From assembly GCA_963764165.1 (NCBI GenBank), contig CAVXRD010000003.1, forward strand, positions 704,001 through 768,000: a stretch of 64,000 bases of DNA, read 5' to 3'. Made by a program: the position numbers and the translations under genes. Source of the DNA: an uncultured Verrucomicrobiae bacterium. Lineage in GTDB: Bacteria; Verrucomicrobiota; Verrucomicrobiia; Limisphaerales; Palsa-1400. Below are positions 38,967 through 49,061 of this stretch, one piece after another. Each line of letters opens with the position of its first letter. Position 1 is the first letter of the stretch. The notes under the pieces were generated by a model. The model searched no databases. It was not told where the DNA came from and was given only the letters and a program-made list of their open reading frames with translations.

Positions 38967-41087
38967 ATGAATAAAAAAATCGCAACTCTTGCCATGCTCT
39001 GCGCCTCAGCAGGGCTCGCTCACGCGGACTTGAATGCCTTTCAATCGGCCCTCCTTTCCTATCATCCTGTGTCGTACTGGCCGCTCAACGAAACCAGCGG
39101 CACGGTCGCGCATGACCTGATGGGGCAGAACAACGGCACCTATACTGGCGGGTACACACTCGGGCAGGCAGGGGTGGCTATCGATGGTGGAAGCGCCGGG
39201 ACGAATCTCTCGGCGGCCTTCGACGGATCTTCGGGTTATGTCAATATTCCGTATAAAGCCAACCTCAATATCACCAGCAAACTGTCCGTGGTGGCTTGGG
39301 TGAAGGTTCCTTCCACTGGCGAGTTTGGCTTCGGCACGGTGATTGGCCACTCTGACGCCAGCTACCGAATGACGGTTGATGTCGACTACCCGCGTTTTGT
39401 TGATTCGAGCCCGGACGTCATCGGCACGGTCAATATTGCGGACGGAAACTGGCACCTGTTGGTCGGTGTTTATGACGGCAGCGAGCATCTCTACGTGGAC
39501 GGACAGCAGACGGGCCCCAGCTCGCAGAGCGTTACATCGTCGAGCACCTACCCCGTCATGATTGCTGCTTCACCCGATTACGTGGACCAGCGCAATTTCG
39601 TGGGCAACATCGCGCATGTGGCGGTCCTGACCAATGCGTTGACAGCAGCCCAGATCGGCGCGCTGTATTACACCCTGGGCGTCCCGGCCACGGTGACCGT
39701 CACGCCGGTGGATCCAACCATCTACACCTCGGCCAGCATTAAGTTCACTGCGCTGACCAACGGAACTCCTCCGCTGTCGGTGCAATGGTATTATATCGAT
39801 TCGAACAATACCTCGAATGCCATCGCCGGGGCCACGAACAACACCTACACCATTGCCAGCGCCACTTTGGCGGAGAATGGCTATCAATATGGGGCGCTGG
39901 TGAAAAATCCCTTTGGCACGAACACCGCCGAAACGACCTTGACCGTCGAGAACGGGCCTCCCTACATCGTTCCCGGCGGCGATCTTCCCATTTTGAACGC
40001 GGAAGCCTACGCGGGCGCTCCTGTCACATATTCGATCGGCGTGGCTGGCTCCGAGCCGATCTACTTTCAATGGCTGGTGGACGGCGTCTCAGTGGCAGGC
40101 GCAACGAACAGCAGTTTTACATACGGCGCGGGCTGCGGCAGCCATACAATCCAGGTTGCTGTGACGAATGCGGAGAACGTCGGCAGCCCCGTCCTGAGTT
40201 CGGTCGCCACCATTTTAGGGGATCCATATCCGGAATCGGTCACGTTCACCAATGGAGCGGGCTGGCAATTGAACGGCTCCGTCCAGAACCTCAGCGGCAC
40301 TGTGCTGGAATTGACCGACGACGGCGGCGGCGAGGCTTCGAGCGCGTTCTATAATACGCCGCAATTCGTCGGGGCCTTCACGGCGTCTTACGTCTATCAG
40401 GGAATCGGCGGGGCGGACGGCGTCACGTTCTGCCTGCAGGCAGACCCATCCGGCGCGGATGCGTTGGGCGGCACAGGCGGTGACCTCGGTTTCTACGGCA
40501 TCACCAACAGCTATGGGCTGGAATTGAATATCTACATTGGCTCTCCGATTGGCATCGCGACGGGCACCAACGGCGCCACATTGAGCGGCGGCGGCGGCGC
40601 GGGTTATGCGCCCACCGGCAGCGTCTCGGTGGCCAGTGAAGATCCGATTCTGTTCCAACTCACCTGCGCCAACGGAAATCTCCTGGTCGTCATGACCGAC
40701 CAGGACAGCGGCGACACCTACACAACCAATTATCCCATTGGTTCGATTACAAATGTGCTGGGCGGGAGCGATCTCGCCTATGTCGGCTTCACTGGGGCGG
40801 ACGGCGGCGTTTCATCGCAGCAAACGATCAGCGACTTCGTTTTTACGCCGACACTCTCCGGCAGCGAGTCCCTTGCGGTGACTCACACGCCTGGCTTCGT
40901 GAAGTTGATCTGGTCGAGCATGGATTCAACTTATTCGCTTCAGCAGAGCGCTGACCTCCTGAACTGGATCGCCGGACCGGCGCCGACTTCGGCCAATGGC
41001 ACCAACACGGTGACGGTGGCTACCAGCGGCATGGCGGATCAGGTACTATCGCCTGGTGCGTCTACCCTGTCCGACGGATTAAGCTGA
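38967..41087 (+). CDS. Secreted LamG/Ig/L-type-lectin domain protein (short paralog; C-terminal tail frameshifted)
   Basis: Signal MNKKIATLAMLCASAGLAHA; LamG (YWPLNE, DGNWHLLVGVYDG, LYVDG); Ig repeats; legume-lectin-like ADGVTF..YVGFTGADGG. Confidence 0.88.
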   Translation: MNKKIATLAMLCASAGLAHADLNAFQSALLSYHPVSYWPLNETSGTVAHDLMGQNNGTYTGGYTLGQAGVAIDGGSAGTNLSAAFDGSSGYVNIPYKANLNITSKLSVVAWVKVPSTGEFGFGTVIGHSDASYRMTVDVDYPRFVDSSPDVIGTVNIADGNWHLLVGVYDGSEHLYVDGQQTGPSSQSVTSSSTYPVMIAASPDYVDQRNFVGNIAHVAVLTNALTAAQIGALYYTLGVPATVTVTPVDPTIYTSASIKFTALTNGTPPLSVQWYYIDSNNTSNAIAGATNNTYTIASATLAENGYQYGALVKNPFGTNTAETTLTVENGPPYIVPGGDLPILNAEAYAGAPVTYSIGVAGSEPIYFQWLVDGVSVAGATNSSFTYGAGCGSHTIQVAVTNAENVGSPVLSSVATILGDPYPESVTFTNGAGWQLNGSVQNLSGTVLELTDDGGGEASSAFYNTPQFVGAFTASYVYQGIGGADGVTFCLQADPSGADALGGTGGDLGFYGITNSYGLELNIYIGSPIGIATGTNGATLSGGGGAGYAPTGSVSVASEDPILFQLTCANGNLLVVMTDQDSGDTYTTNYPIGSITNVLGGSDLAYVGFTGADGGVSSQQTISDFVFTPTLSGSESLAVTHTPGFVKLIWSSMDSTYSLQQSADLLNWIAGPAPTSANGTNTVTVATSGMADQVLSPGASTLSDGLS

Positions 41088-41122
41088 GATGAAAGATTTC
41101 GGCTCGATCGGAACAAGCTCGC

Positions 41123-41162
41123 AAAAGGGGCCGGAGAACGGAAACGGTCGCGGCCCCTTTTT
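41123..41162 (+). terminator. Rho-independent terminator
   Basis: AAAAGGGGCCG..CGGCCCCTTTTT hairpin after the stop. Confidence 0.85.
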
Positions 41163-41275
41163 GTTTGACGATCCCGCCGGCGCAGGGTGGAGCATCGCAC
41201 CCAGGAGGGTTGAGCCTCCCAAGGGCGGGTCAAGGTGGGACAAAGATGATTATGATGGCGGGACAGGGCGCATCC

Positions 41276-41308
41276 GAGAGGAAGCCTGTCTTATTGCCAG
41301 ACAACTTG
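41276..41308 (+). promoter_or_regulatory. Conserved upstream motif with TGTCT-N7-AGACA dyad (second copy)
   Basis: GAGAGGAAGCCTGTCTTATTGCCAGACAACTTG. Confidence 0.55.
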
Positions 41309-41495
41309 AAAAGTCTTTCCACTTTACAGCGGCTTCGCTACAGTGGGAGGCAATCAACACAAATGTCGCTTGGCAAAAACCCTACGGGTGCCGACCCGTC
41401 TCGTTGTGCATCTGCGTGCTCCGCGCGTGTGTGTTGCAAGAACTCAACAATAGAAACTTGATCGACTCAGTATTGGACCCTCACTAAACACCTCT

Positions 41496-44400
41496 ATGAA
41501 CAGAAAAATAGCAACACTTGCAATGCTCTGCGCCTCAGCAGGGCTGGCTCGTGCGGACTTCAACCCCGTCGCCCTCACGAGCAACAGCTACACCTTCGAC
41601 ATTGTGGTCGAAGCCAGTTATGCCCCACCCTTGCCGAATTGCATCACGGTCACCACTGGATCGGGATTGAGCGAGGGTGACAACACGTTTTTCGAACAGA
41701 CTTATTACAGGCCCGCCGGCTTGAATGGCTCTTATTGCGGCGTTCCGCATGCGGGGACGGTGTTCACCAATATGAACAACACCAACATGACGTTCCTGAT
41801 GCCGCCCACGTATTTGACCAACAATGATGTCATGGTCTATTCGGCTATAACAACAGGCACGCTGTTGTTTGCCACTCCGACGATCGCGACCAACTTGGCA
41901 ATTCTGGGTGTGGACGGAAACGGCAGCATGGTTTTCCAATATGTTGTAAATCATACGGATGGGTCGACGGAAACCGGCACCTTCTCGGGACTGGACTGGT
42001 TCACGACATCATCCGCCAATTGCTGGGGCGCGAACGGCCGCGTCACATCGGGCGGCACGTATAATAATATTAATACAAACGCCGGCACCTCGTTGAACAC
42101 GCAAGTGCCATACCTCGATGCCTACAAAATCACGGTGACAAATGGCGCCGTGCCCGTTGCAAGCGTCACAATCAATTACACGACAGGCACTTCCGTCGGC
42201 AACTTCTTCGGCGTGAGCGGTAACGCTTCCGGAAATACCTGGACGCCAATCCCGGTGACAGGTTTTAACGAGATGGCCATTGTTCCGTCGCCGCTGCCCT
42301 ACCCGGTGAACGCGACCATGGACAACGGAACAAATCTGTATTCGCTTGGCAACACATGGTTCGAGCAAGGCTGGGACGCTAACGCGCCCGCTTCTGGACT
42401 GCCTCCTTCCGGTTCCATCTTCAGCAGTTCGAGCCAGCCGACGCATCATTATCAAATGGGAAACTATAAGGCGAATAATGCCATCCTGTTGGACACGAAT
42501 CACCTGACCGCCACGATTGTCCCAGCCACGCCAGCGGCTTACACATCTTTCGCGTTCCTCACCGCTGGCGGCAACATTGGCAGCGGAAACAAGATGACGA
42601 ACTTGTGCATCATGATGCACGCAGACGGTGTCAACGAAACCAATATTTTCATTGGTTACGACTGGTTCGAAGGTTCCGTTCCGAACGCTGTCGCGTATAA
42701 CTCTCAGGGCCGCACAAGCTTGCCATCCCGCACGTTGAACAACATCAACAACGGGAATCCGAAGATGTTCGAAACATACTTCACCTTGGTCGATCCCGTC
42801 AGCCCGGTGACGAATATTGTGTTGAAGAATCTCTCCGTGCCGAGCACGGCTTCAACCACCTTCATCATGGCTGTCAGCGCAACAGCCGGGGCGCTGCCTC
42901 CCGTTATCACCTCAGGGCCGAATCCCGCAACCCAAGCCTGGTTTCCGGGCCAAACGGCGACGTTCCAAGTCAGCGTGAGCGGCACGGCGCCGATCACCAA
43001 TATCTGGTATGCTGATTACGGCACCGGCAACTTCACGCCGCTGTCTGACGGTTTGGACGCAAACGGCTCTTACATATCTGGATCCAGCACAACGACGCTG
43101 ACCATCAGCAACTTGACCGCCGCTGATGCCGGGAACTACGAATACCTCGCGACCAACGTCGCTGGCGGTGCTTTGAGCGGCGAAGCGGCTCTCACCGTCA
43201 ATTCAGGATCGCCAGTCGGGCCAATTATCGATTCACAGGTTCCAGCCAACTCGCCGCTGACGGTTCTATCCAATCACAGCACAACTCTGTCGGTCACGGT
43301 TGATGGATCCTCCTCCCCGCCGATCTACTACCAATGGTACGAGGGATCGACCGCCATTTCCAACGCGACTGGCTCAACTTACGTAAACTTGGACACCACC
43401 AACGCAACCTTCTATTGCATCGTATCCAACTTCGTTGGAACCGCCACCAGTGCTCCCGTGGTATTGGATGTGGAAGTCCCGACGCTTAGCGCATATCAAT
43501 CCGCGGTGTTTGCGTACCACCCAGTCTCTTACTGGCCACTCAATGAAACCAACGGCACCACCGCCCTGGATTGGGCTGGCGTCAACGACGGCACCTACCT
43601 CGGCGGTTACACGCTTGGGCAGCCCGGCGTGAATTCCGGCATTGGCATTGGCACAAATGCCACTTCTGTGGCGTTCGACGGCTCCTCGGGCTATGTCGAC
43701 ATTCCTTACGACGCCAACTTGGATATTGCCGGCCACATTACAGTGATCGCATGGATTCAAACTCCGGTCGGCGGCGAGGCCGCAGGCCACTTCGGCACTG
43801 TCCTCGGACATTCGGACTCCAGCTATCGGTTGACGGTCGTCGGCTCAACGCCCCGCTGGGTGGATTCGAGCCCGGACGATGTCGGCACCGCGAATGTCGG
43901 GGACGGCAACTGGCACCAAATCGTCGGCGTATGGGATGGCAATGAACACCTCTATATCGACGGGCAGCCAACCGGCCCCGCTCCCGTGAGCACGACGACG
44001 ACGCGGCAGATTGACGTCACCATCGCCGCATCGCCGGATTACCTGGGCTCTCGCAATTTCGAGGGCAATATCGCTCAGGTGGCGATCATCACCAACGCGT
44101 TGACGGCGGCTCAGGTGGGCGCTCTCTACTACAGCGCTGAGATTCCGGCCACTGTCTCCATTACGCCAGTCGATCCAAGCATCTACACCTCGGCGAGCGT
44201 TACGTTTACGGCCGTCACAAATGGAAGCCCGACGATCTCCGTGCAGTGGTATTATATTGACTCGAACAACACCTCAAATGCGATCCCGGGTGCCACAAAC
44301 GACACATACACCATTGCAAGCGCCACCTTGGCCGAGAATGGTTATCAATATGGCGCCGTCGTCGCAAATGCCTACGGCACAAATAGCGCCTCAACAACAT

Positions 44401-45536
44401 TGAGCGTGCAGAACGGCCCCCCATACATCCTCCCTGGTGGCGACCTCACGGTGCTGAATTCGGAAGCCTACGCGGGCGCGCCAGTCACATTCACCATCGG
44501 CGCCGCCGGTTCGGAACCGATCTTTTATCAATGGTTGGTCGATGGCATCGCAGTTTCAGGCGCGACGAACGCGACCTTCACTTATGCCGCGGGTTGCGGC
44601 AGTCACACCGTTCAAGTTTCGATGACGAACGCTTTCGACGTCGGCAGCCCGGTGCTCAGCCAGACCGCCACCGTGGTTGGCGACCAATATCCGGAAAGCG
44701 TCACCTTCACCAACGCCGCAGCCTGGCAGTTGAACGGCACCGACCAGAGTCTGACCAATGATGTTCTGACCCTGACAGAGGATCTCGGCAGCGAGGCTTC
44801 CAGCGCCTTCTACAATACGCCTCAATACGTGGGCGCCTTTACGGCTTCCTACACCTATTGGGGCCAGGGCGGCGCGGACGGCACCGTGTTCGTCTTGCAG
44901 ACCGAAGGCCCCACTGCGCTGGGCGGCGGCGGTGGTGAACTCGGTTTCTACGGAATCGAGCCCAGCTTCGGCTTCGAACTGAATATCTACAGTGGTTCTC
45001 CAATCGGAATCGCAATCGGCACCAACGGTGAAACGCTGGGATCTGGCGGTGGCGGCGCGGGTTACGGCCCCACTGGCAACGTTTACGTCAATGGCCAGGA
45101 TCCAATCCTGTTCCAGCTGACCTTCGCGAATGGCAACCTTGGAGTTGTCATGACTGACCAGTTCTCCACTGCCACCTACACGACCAACTATGAAATTGGC
45201 TCGATTACAAACGTCCTCGGAGGCACCGACCTCGCCTACATCGGCTTCACCGGTGCCGACGGCGGCGTCGCCTCCTACCAGACTGTGAGCAACTTCGTCT
45301 TCACCCCGACCATTGCGAGCGCGACGTTGTCAGTGACTCATACGCCGGGCTTCGTGACGTTAAGCTGGCCGAGCCTGGATCCAACGTGGCAGTTGGAGCA
45401 GAGCGCCAACTTGCTTAGCTGGATCGCCGGACCCACGCCGACTGCGGCGAATGGCACCAACTCGGTGAAGGTGGCAACCAGCAGCGCGACCGACCAGTAC
45501 TATCGCCTGGTGCGCCTGCCCTGCCCAAGCAACTAG
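41496..45536 (+). CDS. Large secreted multidomain protein (duplicated N-terminal beta domain, Ig, LamG, L-type lectin)
   Basis: Near-identical signal peptide to 38967; C-terminal ~690 aa colinear with it; ends TDQYYRLVRLPCPSN. Confidence 0.9.
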   Translation: MNRKIATLAMLCASAGLARADFNPVALTSNSYTFDIVVEASYAPPLPNCITVTTGSGLSEGDNTFFEQTYYRPAGLNGSYCGVPHAGTVFTNMNNTNMTFLMPPTYLTNNDVMVYSAITTGTLLFATPTIATNLAILGVDGNGSMVFQYVVNHTDGSTETGTFSGLDWFTTSSANCWGANGRVTSGGTYNNINTNAGTSLNTQVPYLDAYKITVTNGAVPVASVTINYTTGTSVGNFFGVSGNASGNTWTPIPVTGFNEMAIVPSPLPYPVNATMDNGTNLYSLGNTWFEQGWDANAPASGLPPSGSIFSSSSQPTHHYQMGNYKANNAILLDTNHLTATIVPATPAAYTSFAFLTAGGNIGSGNKMTNLCIMMHADGVNETNIFIGYDWFEGSVPNAVAYNSQGRTSLPSRTLNNINNGNPKMFETYFTLVDPVSPVTNIVLKNLSVPSTASTTFIMAVSATAGALPPVITSGPNPATQAWFPGQTATFQVSVSGTAPITNIWYADYGTGNFTPLSDGLDANGSYISGSSTTTLTISNLTAADAGNYEYLATNVAGGALSGEAALTVNSGSPVGPIIDSQVPANSPLTVLSNHSTTLSVTVDGSSSPPIYYQWYEGSTAISNATGSTYVNLDTTNATFYCIVSNFVGTATSAPVVLDVEVPTLSAYQSAVFAYHPVSYWPLNETNGTTALDWAGVNDGTYLGGYTLGQPGVNSGIGIGTNATSVAFDGSSGYVDIPYDANLDIAGHITVIAWIQTPVGGEAAGHFGTVLGHSDSSYRLTVVGSTPRWVDSSPDDVGTANVGDGNWHQIVGVWDGNEHLYIDGQPTGPAPVSTTTTRQIDVTIAASPDYLGSRNFEGNIAQVAIITNALTAAQVGALYYSAEIPATVSITPVDPSIYTSASVTFTAVTNGSPTISVQWYYIDSNNTSNAIPGATNDTYTIASATLAENGYQYGAVVANAYGTNSASTTLSVQNGPPYILPGGDLTVLNSEAYAGAPVTFTIGAAGSEPIFYQWLVDGIAVSGATNATFTYAAGCGSHTVQVSMTNAFDVGSPVLSQTATVVGDQYPESVTFTNAAAWQLNGTDQSLTNDVLTLTEDLGSEASSAFYNTPQYVGAFTASYTYWGQGGADGTVFVLQTEGPTALGGGGGELGFYGIEPSFGFELNIYSGSPIGIAIGTNGETLGSGGGGAGYGPTGNVYVNGQDPILFQLTFANGNLGVVMTDQFSTATYTTNYEIGSITNVLGGTDLAYIGFTGADGGVASYQTVSNFVFTPTIASATLSVTHTPGFVTLSWPSLDPTWQLEQSANLLSWIAGPTPTAANGTNSVKVATSSATDQYYRLVRLPCPSN

Positions 45537-45574
45537 GCTGACCTGAAAACTCAGCTCGAATAGCCATAATTCAC

Positions 45575-45611
45575 AAAGGGGCCGCGCAACGGAAACGTTC
45601 GCGGCCCCTTT
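45575..45611. terminator. Rho-independent terminator between convergent genes
   Basis: AAAGGGGCCGCG..CGCGGCCCCTTT, paralogous to 41123-41162. Confidence 0.85.
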
Positions 45612-45684
45612 CGTTCTCTGGGTGGCGCGACGGAATCGCTGCAATGAGCTACCACGAAACTTTTAAACACTCGCGGCTTGAGAA

Positions 45685-46830
45685 TTAATCTCCCTTGTCA
45701 ACCGCGGCGCGTGTATAAACTTTAGCCATTGCCCGTGCCGTGCCGCTCCAATCAAAGCGCCGCGCTTGTTCCAAACCTGCGGCGCTCATTTTTTTGCGCA
45801 GAACACAGTCGGAGGCCACAAGCTCAAGCTGCCTGGCCAAGGCATCGACGTCCTCCGGGTCAACGACCGCCGCCGCATTCCCCACCACTTCCCCGAGCGA
45901 TCCGCGCGACGAGCAAATGACAGGGCAGCCGCACGCCATCGCTTCAGTCGGCGGCATCCCGAATCCCTCGAAGAGCGACGGGTAAACGAACGCCCCCGCC
46001 GCGCGATAAAGATCAGGCACGAAATCGTCCATGACAAATCCGAGATGCCGGATATCCGAGGAAAACGGAGATTCCTTCGCTGCCTGGTGAATATGCTCCG
46101 CCCCATGCCAATCACCTCCCGCAAGGGCCAATTGCCAATTCGAGCCAGTCGCCTTCTTGAATTTATTGAAGGCGGAAATCAGCCGGACGTGATTTTTCCC
46201 AGGATGCTCCAGGCGGGCGATATAGAGGAAATACGGGTTTTCCAGTCCGAACCGGCGAGCGGCGACGTCCTTGGCGTGCTGAACTTCGCCCGGGAAAAAT
46301 CGCGAGTGCTCAACGCCATTGTAGACAACCGTCAAGCGATTCTCCGGCACGCCGAAAAAACGCGCAATATCCCGGGCCGTGTTTTCGCTGATCGCCACGA
46401 TCTGGTCCTGCCGCCGGGCCAGGCGGGGCACAACCATGCGCCCATAAACCATCCTGGCCCAACTGTATTTTTTCTTCACATGAAATTGGGCCAGGTCATG
46501 GATGGTCGCGACGAGCGGACATGGCCGCCGCCAGATCATCCGCCGGTAGCTCGGCACATGCAGGACGTCAAGACGAAGTTTCCGCGCCAATCCCGGAAGC
46601 ACGGTTTGATGCCACGCGATGTCTTTGAGCGCGGGGCGGAACTCCTCGCTGACGGAAACAATCCGCGCCCTGCCGGCGGCAAATTTGAATAACTCAGCGT
46701 CATTTTCAAGAACGAAGAGAGTGTATTGATGCGTGTTCTGCTCAAGCAGCGCCCGGACGAGGGCAAAGAGATACTGCGCGATGCCTGTTTTGCCGCGCTG
46801 GCCGACTGAGGTGGTGATTCCAATTTGCAC
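45685..46830 (-). CDS. Glycosyltransferase family 4 (GT-B)
   Basis: VATIHDLA, VVYNGV, FVYPSLFEGFGMPPTEAMACG. Confidence 0.95.
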   Translation of the reverse strand: MQIGITTSVGQRGKTGIAQYLFALVRALLEQNTHQYTLFVLENDAELFKFAAGRARIVSVSEEFRPALKDIAWHQTVLPGLARKLRLDVLHVPSYRRMIWRRPCPLVATIHDLAQFHVKKKYSWARMVYGRMVVPRLARRQDQIVAISENTARDIARFFGVPENRLTVVYNGVEHSRFFPGEVQHAKDVAARRFGLENPYFLYIARLEHPGKNHVRLISAFNKFKKATGSNWQLALAGGDWHGAEHIHQAAKESPFSSDIRHLGFVMDDFVPDLYRAAGAFVYPSLFEGFGMPPTEAMACGCPVICSSRGSLGEVVGNAAAVVDPEDVDALARQLELVASDCVLRKKMSAAGLEQARRFDWSGTARAMAKVYTRAAVDKGD

Positions 46831-46846
46831 AAGGCCAAGGGCGCCA

Positions 46847-48295
46847 TTATGAGGTCGACACGAAGGATTCCGCGATCAGCCCGCTCAGTTCCGGCTTCTC
46901 GGTCAGAAGCTGGTCGAACTGCGACATTTTCAATACCTCCAGCACTTCAGGCTGAGCGCCGGTGAAAACCAGCGTGATGCCGTGCTGCCAGGCCCACTGC
47001 TGAATTTTGAGCATCGTCGTCAGCCCCGTGCTGTCAACAAATCGGGCCAGCGACAAATCAATGGAAACCGGGGCCGCCCGCCCCGCGCCGGTGATCATCT
47101 CGCGGGTGTGGTTCCAGTAATCGATGGCGTTGACGGCGGTGATTTCGCCGTGCCACTGCAAGCCGCGCCCGCCTTCCGTCGCCAGGCGTGTGACGATGGC
47201 GGATTGCTCCAGAGTCCGCTCTTCGATGAGCCGGATAGCGTCGGGGATGCTCGGGGCGATGGCAAAATGATCTTTCAACCGCATCAAGCGCAGCGCCTGC
47301 CGGACGGCCGGCGTGACCGAGGCGAGCACAAAATGGCGCCCGTCGGCGCGCAATTTTTTATGCATGACAAGCAGCAGGCCGAGATCGGTGCTGTCGACGT
47401 ATTGAATGCCGGACATGTCAAGCACGTAGTGGCGGCCAACGTTTCGCGCCGAATCCCACCAGCGGCCCGCCAGCATTCGAGTTTTGCGCAGTGTCATTTT
47501 TGGGTACCACTGCAAAAACACCCATTGCGCGACGATGCGCCAGCCGAATCCCCATAGGTCATGCATGTAGCGCTTGAATAACCTGCGCGGCTCGCATCCC
47601 AGCCGGAATATCCATTCCATCCCCGCCTTGCGCATCCAAATCGGCGCGCGCTTGACGCGTCCGGCAAGAAAATCAATCGTCGCGCCGACGCCTGCGACAA
47701 CGGGGACGCCCATGGCGCGATAGTGCATCGCAATCCACTTTTCCGCCTTGGGGCATCCGAAGGCCACGAACAAAATATCCGGATTGGCTTCGCGCACGCG
47801 CTTCTTAATCTCTTCGTGATCCATCTCGAGCAAACGGGCGAACGGCGGCGAATAATAACCTGCCAGCAGCAGCGAGGGATGCTCTTTCTTCAAACGGACG
47901 GCTGCCGCCTCCACCGAATCCGGCGTGGCTCCGAGCAAGAAAACGCGATATTGCTTTTCCGCCGCCACTTTCAGGAGCACAGGCACAAGATCGGCTCCGG
48001 CTACGCGCTCAGGCAGCCGGTTTCCCAGCAGCCTTGAGGCCCACATGACCGGCGTGCCATCGCACAGAACGAGATGGGCATCGTTCAAAATATGGCGCAA
48101 TTCAACATCGTTTTGCGCCTGCACCAGAAAATCAACGTTCGCGGTGACTAGATAATGCGGACGGCGGGCCGCGATCATTTGCTCAATGATGGCCACCGTT
48201 TCGGTCGTCGTCACGTTATCGAAAGGCACGCCCAAAATGGCGATCGGCGGCTGCACCGGGATCAGCCGCTGAATTTTTGTGTCAAGAGTATTCAT
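46847..48295 (-). CDS. WecB/TagA/CpsF glycosyltransferase fused to two STAS domains
   Basis: VTANVDF, DGTPV, ERVAGADL, FGCPKAE, RAPIWM..MEWIFRL; then VLDMSGIQYVDSTDLG and IDLSLARFVDSTGL. Confidence 0.92.
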   Translation of the reverse strand: MNTLDTKIQRLIPVQPPIAILGVPFDNVTTTETVAIIEQMIAARRPHYLVTANVDFLVQAQNDVELRHILNDAHLVLCDGTPVMWASRLLGNRLPERVAGADLVPVLLKVAAEKQYRVFLLGATPDSVEAAAVRLKKEHPSLLLAGYYSPPFARLLEMDHEEIKKRVREANPDILFVAFGCPKAEKWIAMHYRAMGVPVVAGVGATIDFLAGRVKRAPIWMRKAGMEWIFRLGCEPRRLFKRYMHDLWGFGWRIVAQWVFLQWYPKMTLRKTRMLAGRWWDSARNVGRHYVLDMSGIQYVDSTDLGLLLVMHKKLRADGRHFVLASVTPAVRQALRLMRLKDHFAIAPSIPDAIRLIEERTLEQSAIVTRLATEGGRGLQWHGEITAVNAIDYWNHTREMITGAGRAAPVSIDLSLARFVDSTGLTTMLKIQQWAWQHGITLVFTGAQPEVLEVLKMSQFDQLLTEKPELSGLIAESFVSTS

Positions 48296-49061
48296 ATTCT
48301 GTCGCCTCGACCTTTTTCCATTGCCAGCAGGAGAGCGCGCCGGCTTTTCCTGGAAAAGCCAGTGCGGCGAGATAACCCCGAGCGGGCTGCAAGACCCGCA
48401 AGTTCCATTGGCCGGCGGAAAATCCGGCCTCTTTCGGCAATTTTAGAAAACGCGCCTCGGCGTCTGTGTCGAAGGAAACTTCGACCTCGCGCAGCAAGTG
48501 TCCAATCCCCGCGCCGGTGGCCTTTAAGAGCGCCTCCTTGCGCGTCCAAATTCGGAAAAAGGCTGCGTCCTTTTCCGATTTTGGAACCGCTTTGAACTCC
48601 GCAAATTCACGAGGCGCGCAAAAGACCGCCGCCATTTCCTCCGCATCCTCGACGGGGCGCAGCCTCTCGATGTCAACGCCGAGAGGCCGATCGAATGTCA
48701 GCGCCAGCACAGCGGCGTCCTCGCAATGGGCCAAATTAAACTGCAATCCAGACGCGGCCAGCGTCGCATTTAACAAGGGCTTCCCGTTGGGACCTGTTGT
48801 CAACTGTATGGATTCGGGACCGGCCCCAAGGTAGCGCCCAAGAATGGTGCGCAAGGTCGCGCGCCCCGTGACGTAACGGCTGCGATCCCGGTCAAAACGA
48901 AATGCCGCGGCCCGCTTTTGCTCCTCCGGCGCCAGGACATCCCTTAAATGCGCCAGGGTGTCCTCCGTTTCGGTCAAGCAAAACGACCAAACATGCACGT
49001 CCTCCTGCCCGAGGAGAAAATCATGGGGCGGCGCTGGCCAGGAAAATTCCAAATCATCCAT
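48282..49061 (-). CDS. Sfp-type 4'-phosphopantetheinyl transferase
   Basis: GPNGKP, FNLAH, LGVDIE, FFRIWTRKEALLKATG. Confidence 0.95.
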   Translation of the reverse strand: MDDLEFSWPAPPHDFLLGQEDVHVWSFCLTETEDTLAHLRDVLAPEEQKRAAAFRFDRDRSRYVTGRATLRTILGRYLGAGPESIQLTTGPNGKPLLNATLAASGLQFNLAHCEDAAVLALTFDRPLGVDIERLRPVEDAEEMAAVFCAPREFAEFKAVPKSEKDAAFFRIWTRKEALLKATGAGIGHLLREVEVSFDTDAEARFLKLPKEAGFSAGQWNLRVLQPARGYLAALAFPGKAGALSCWQWKKVEATEYEYS

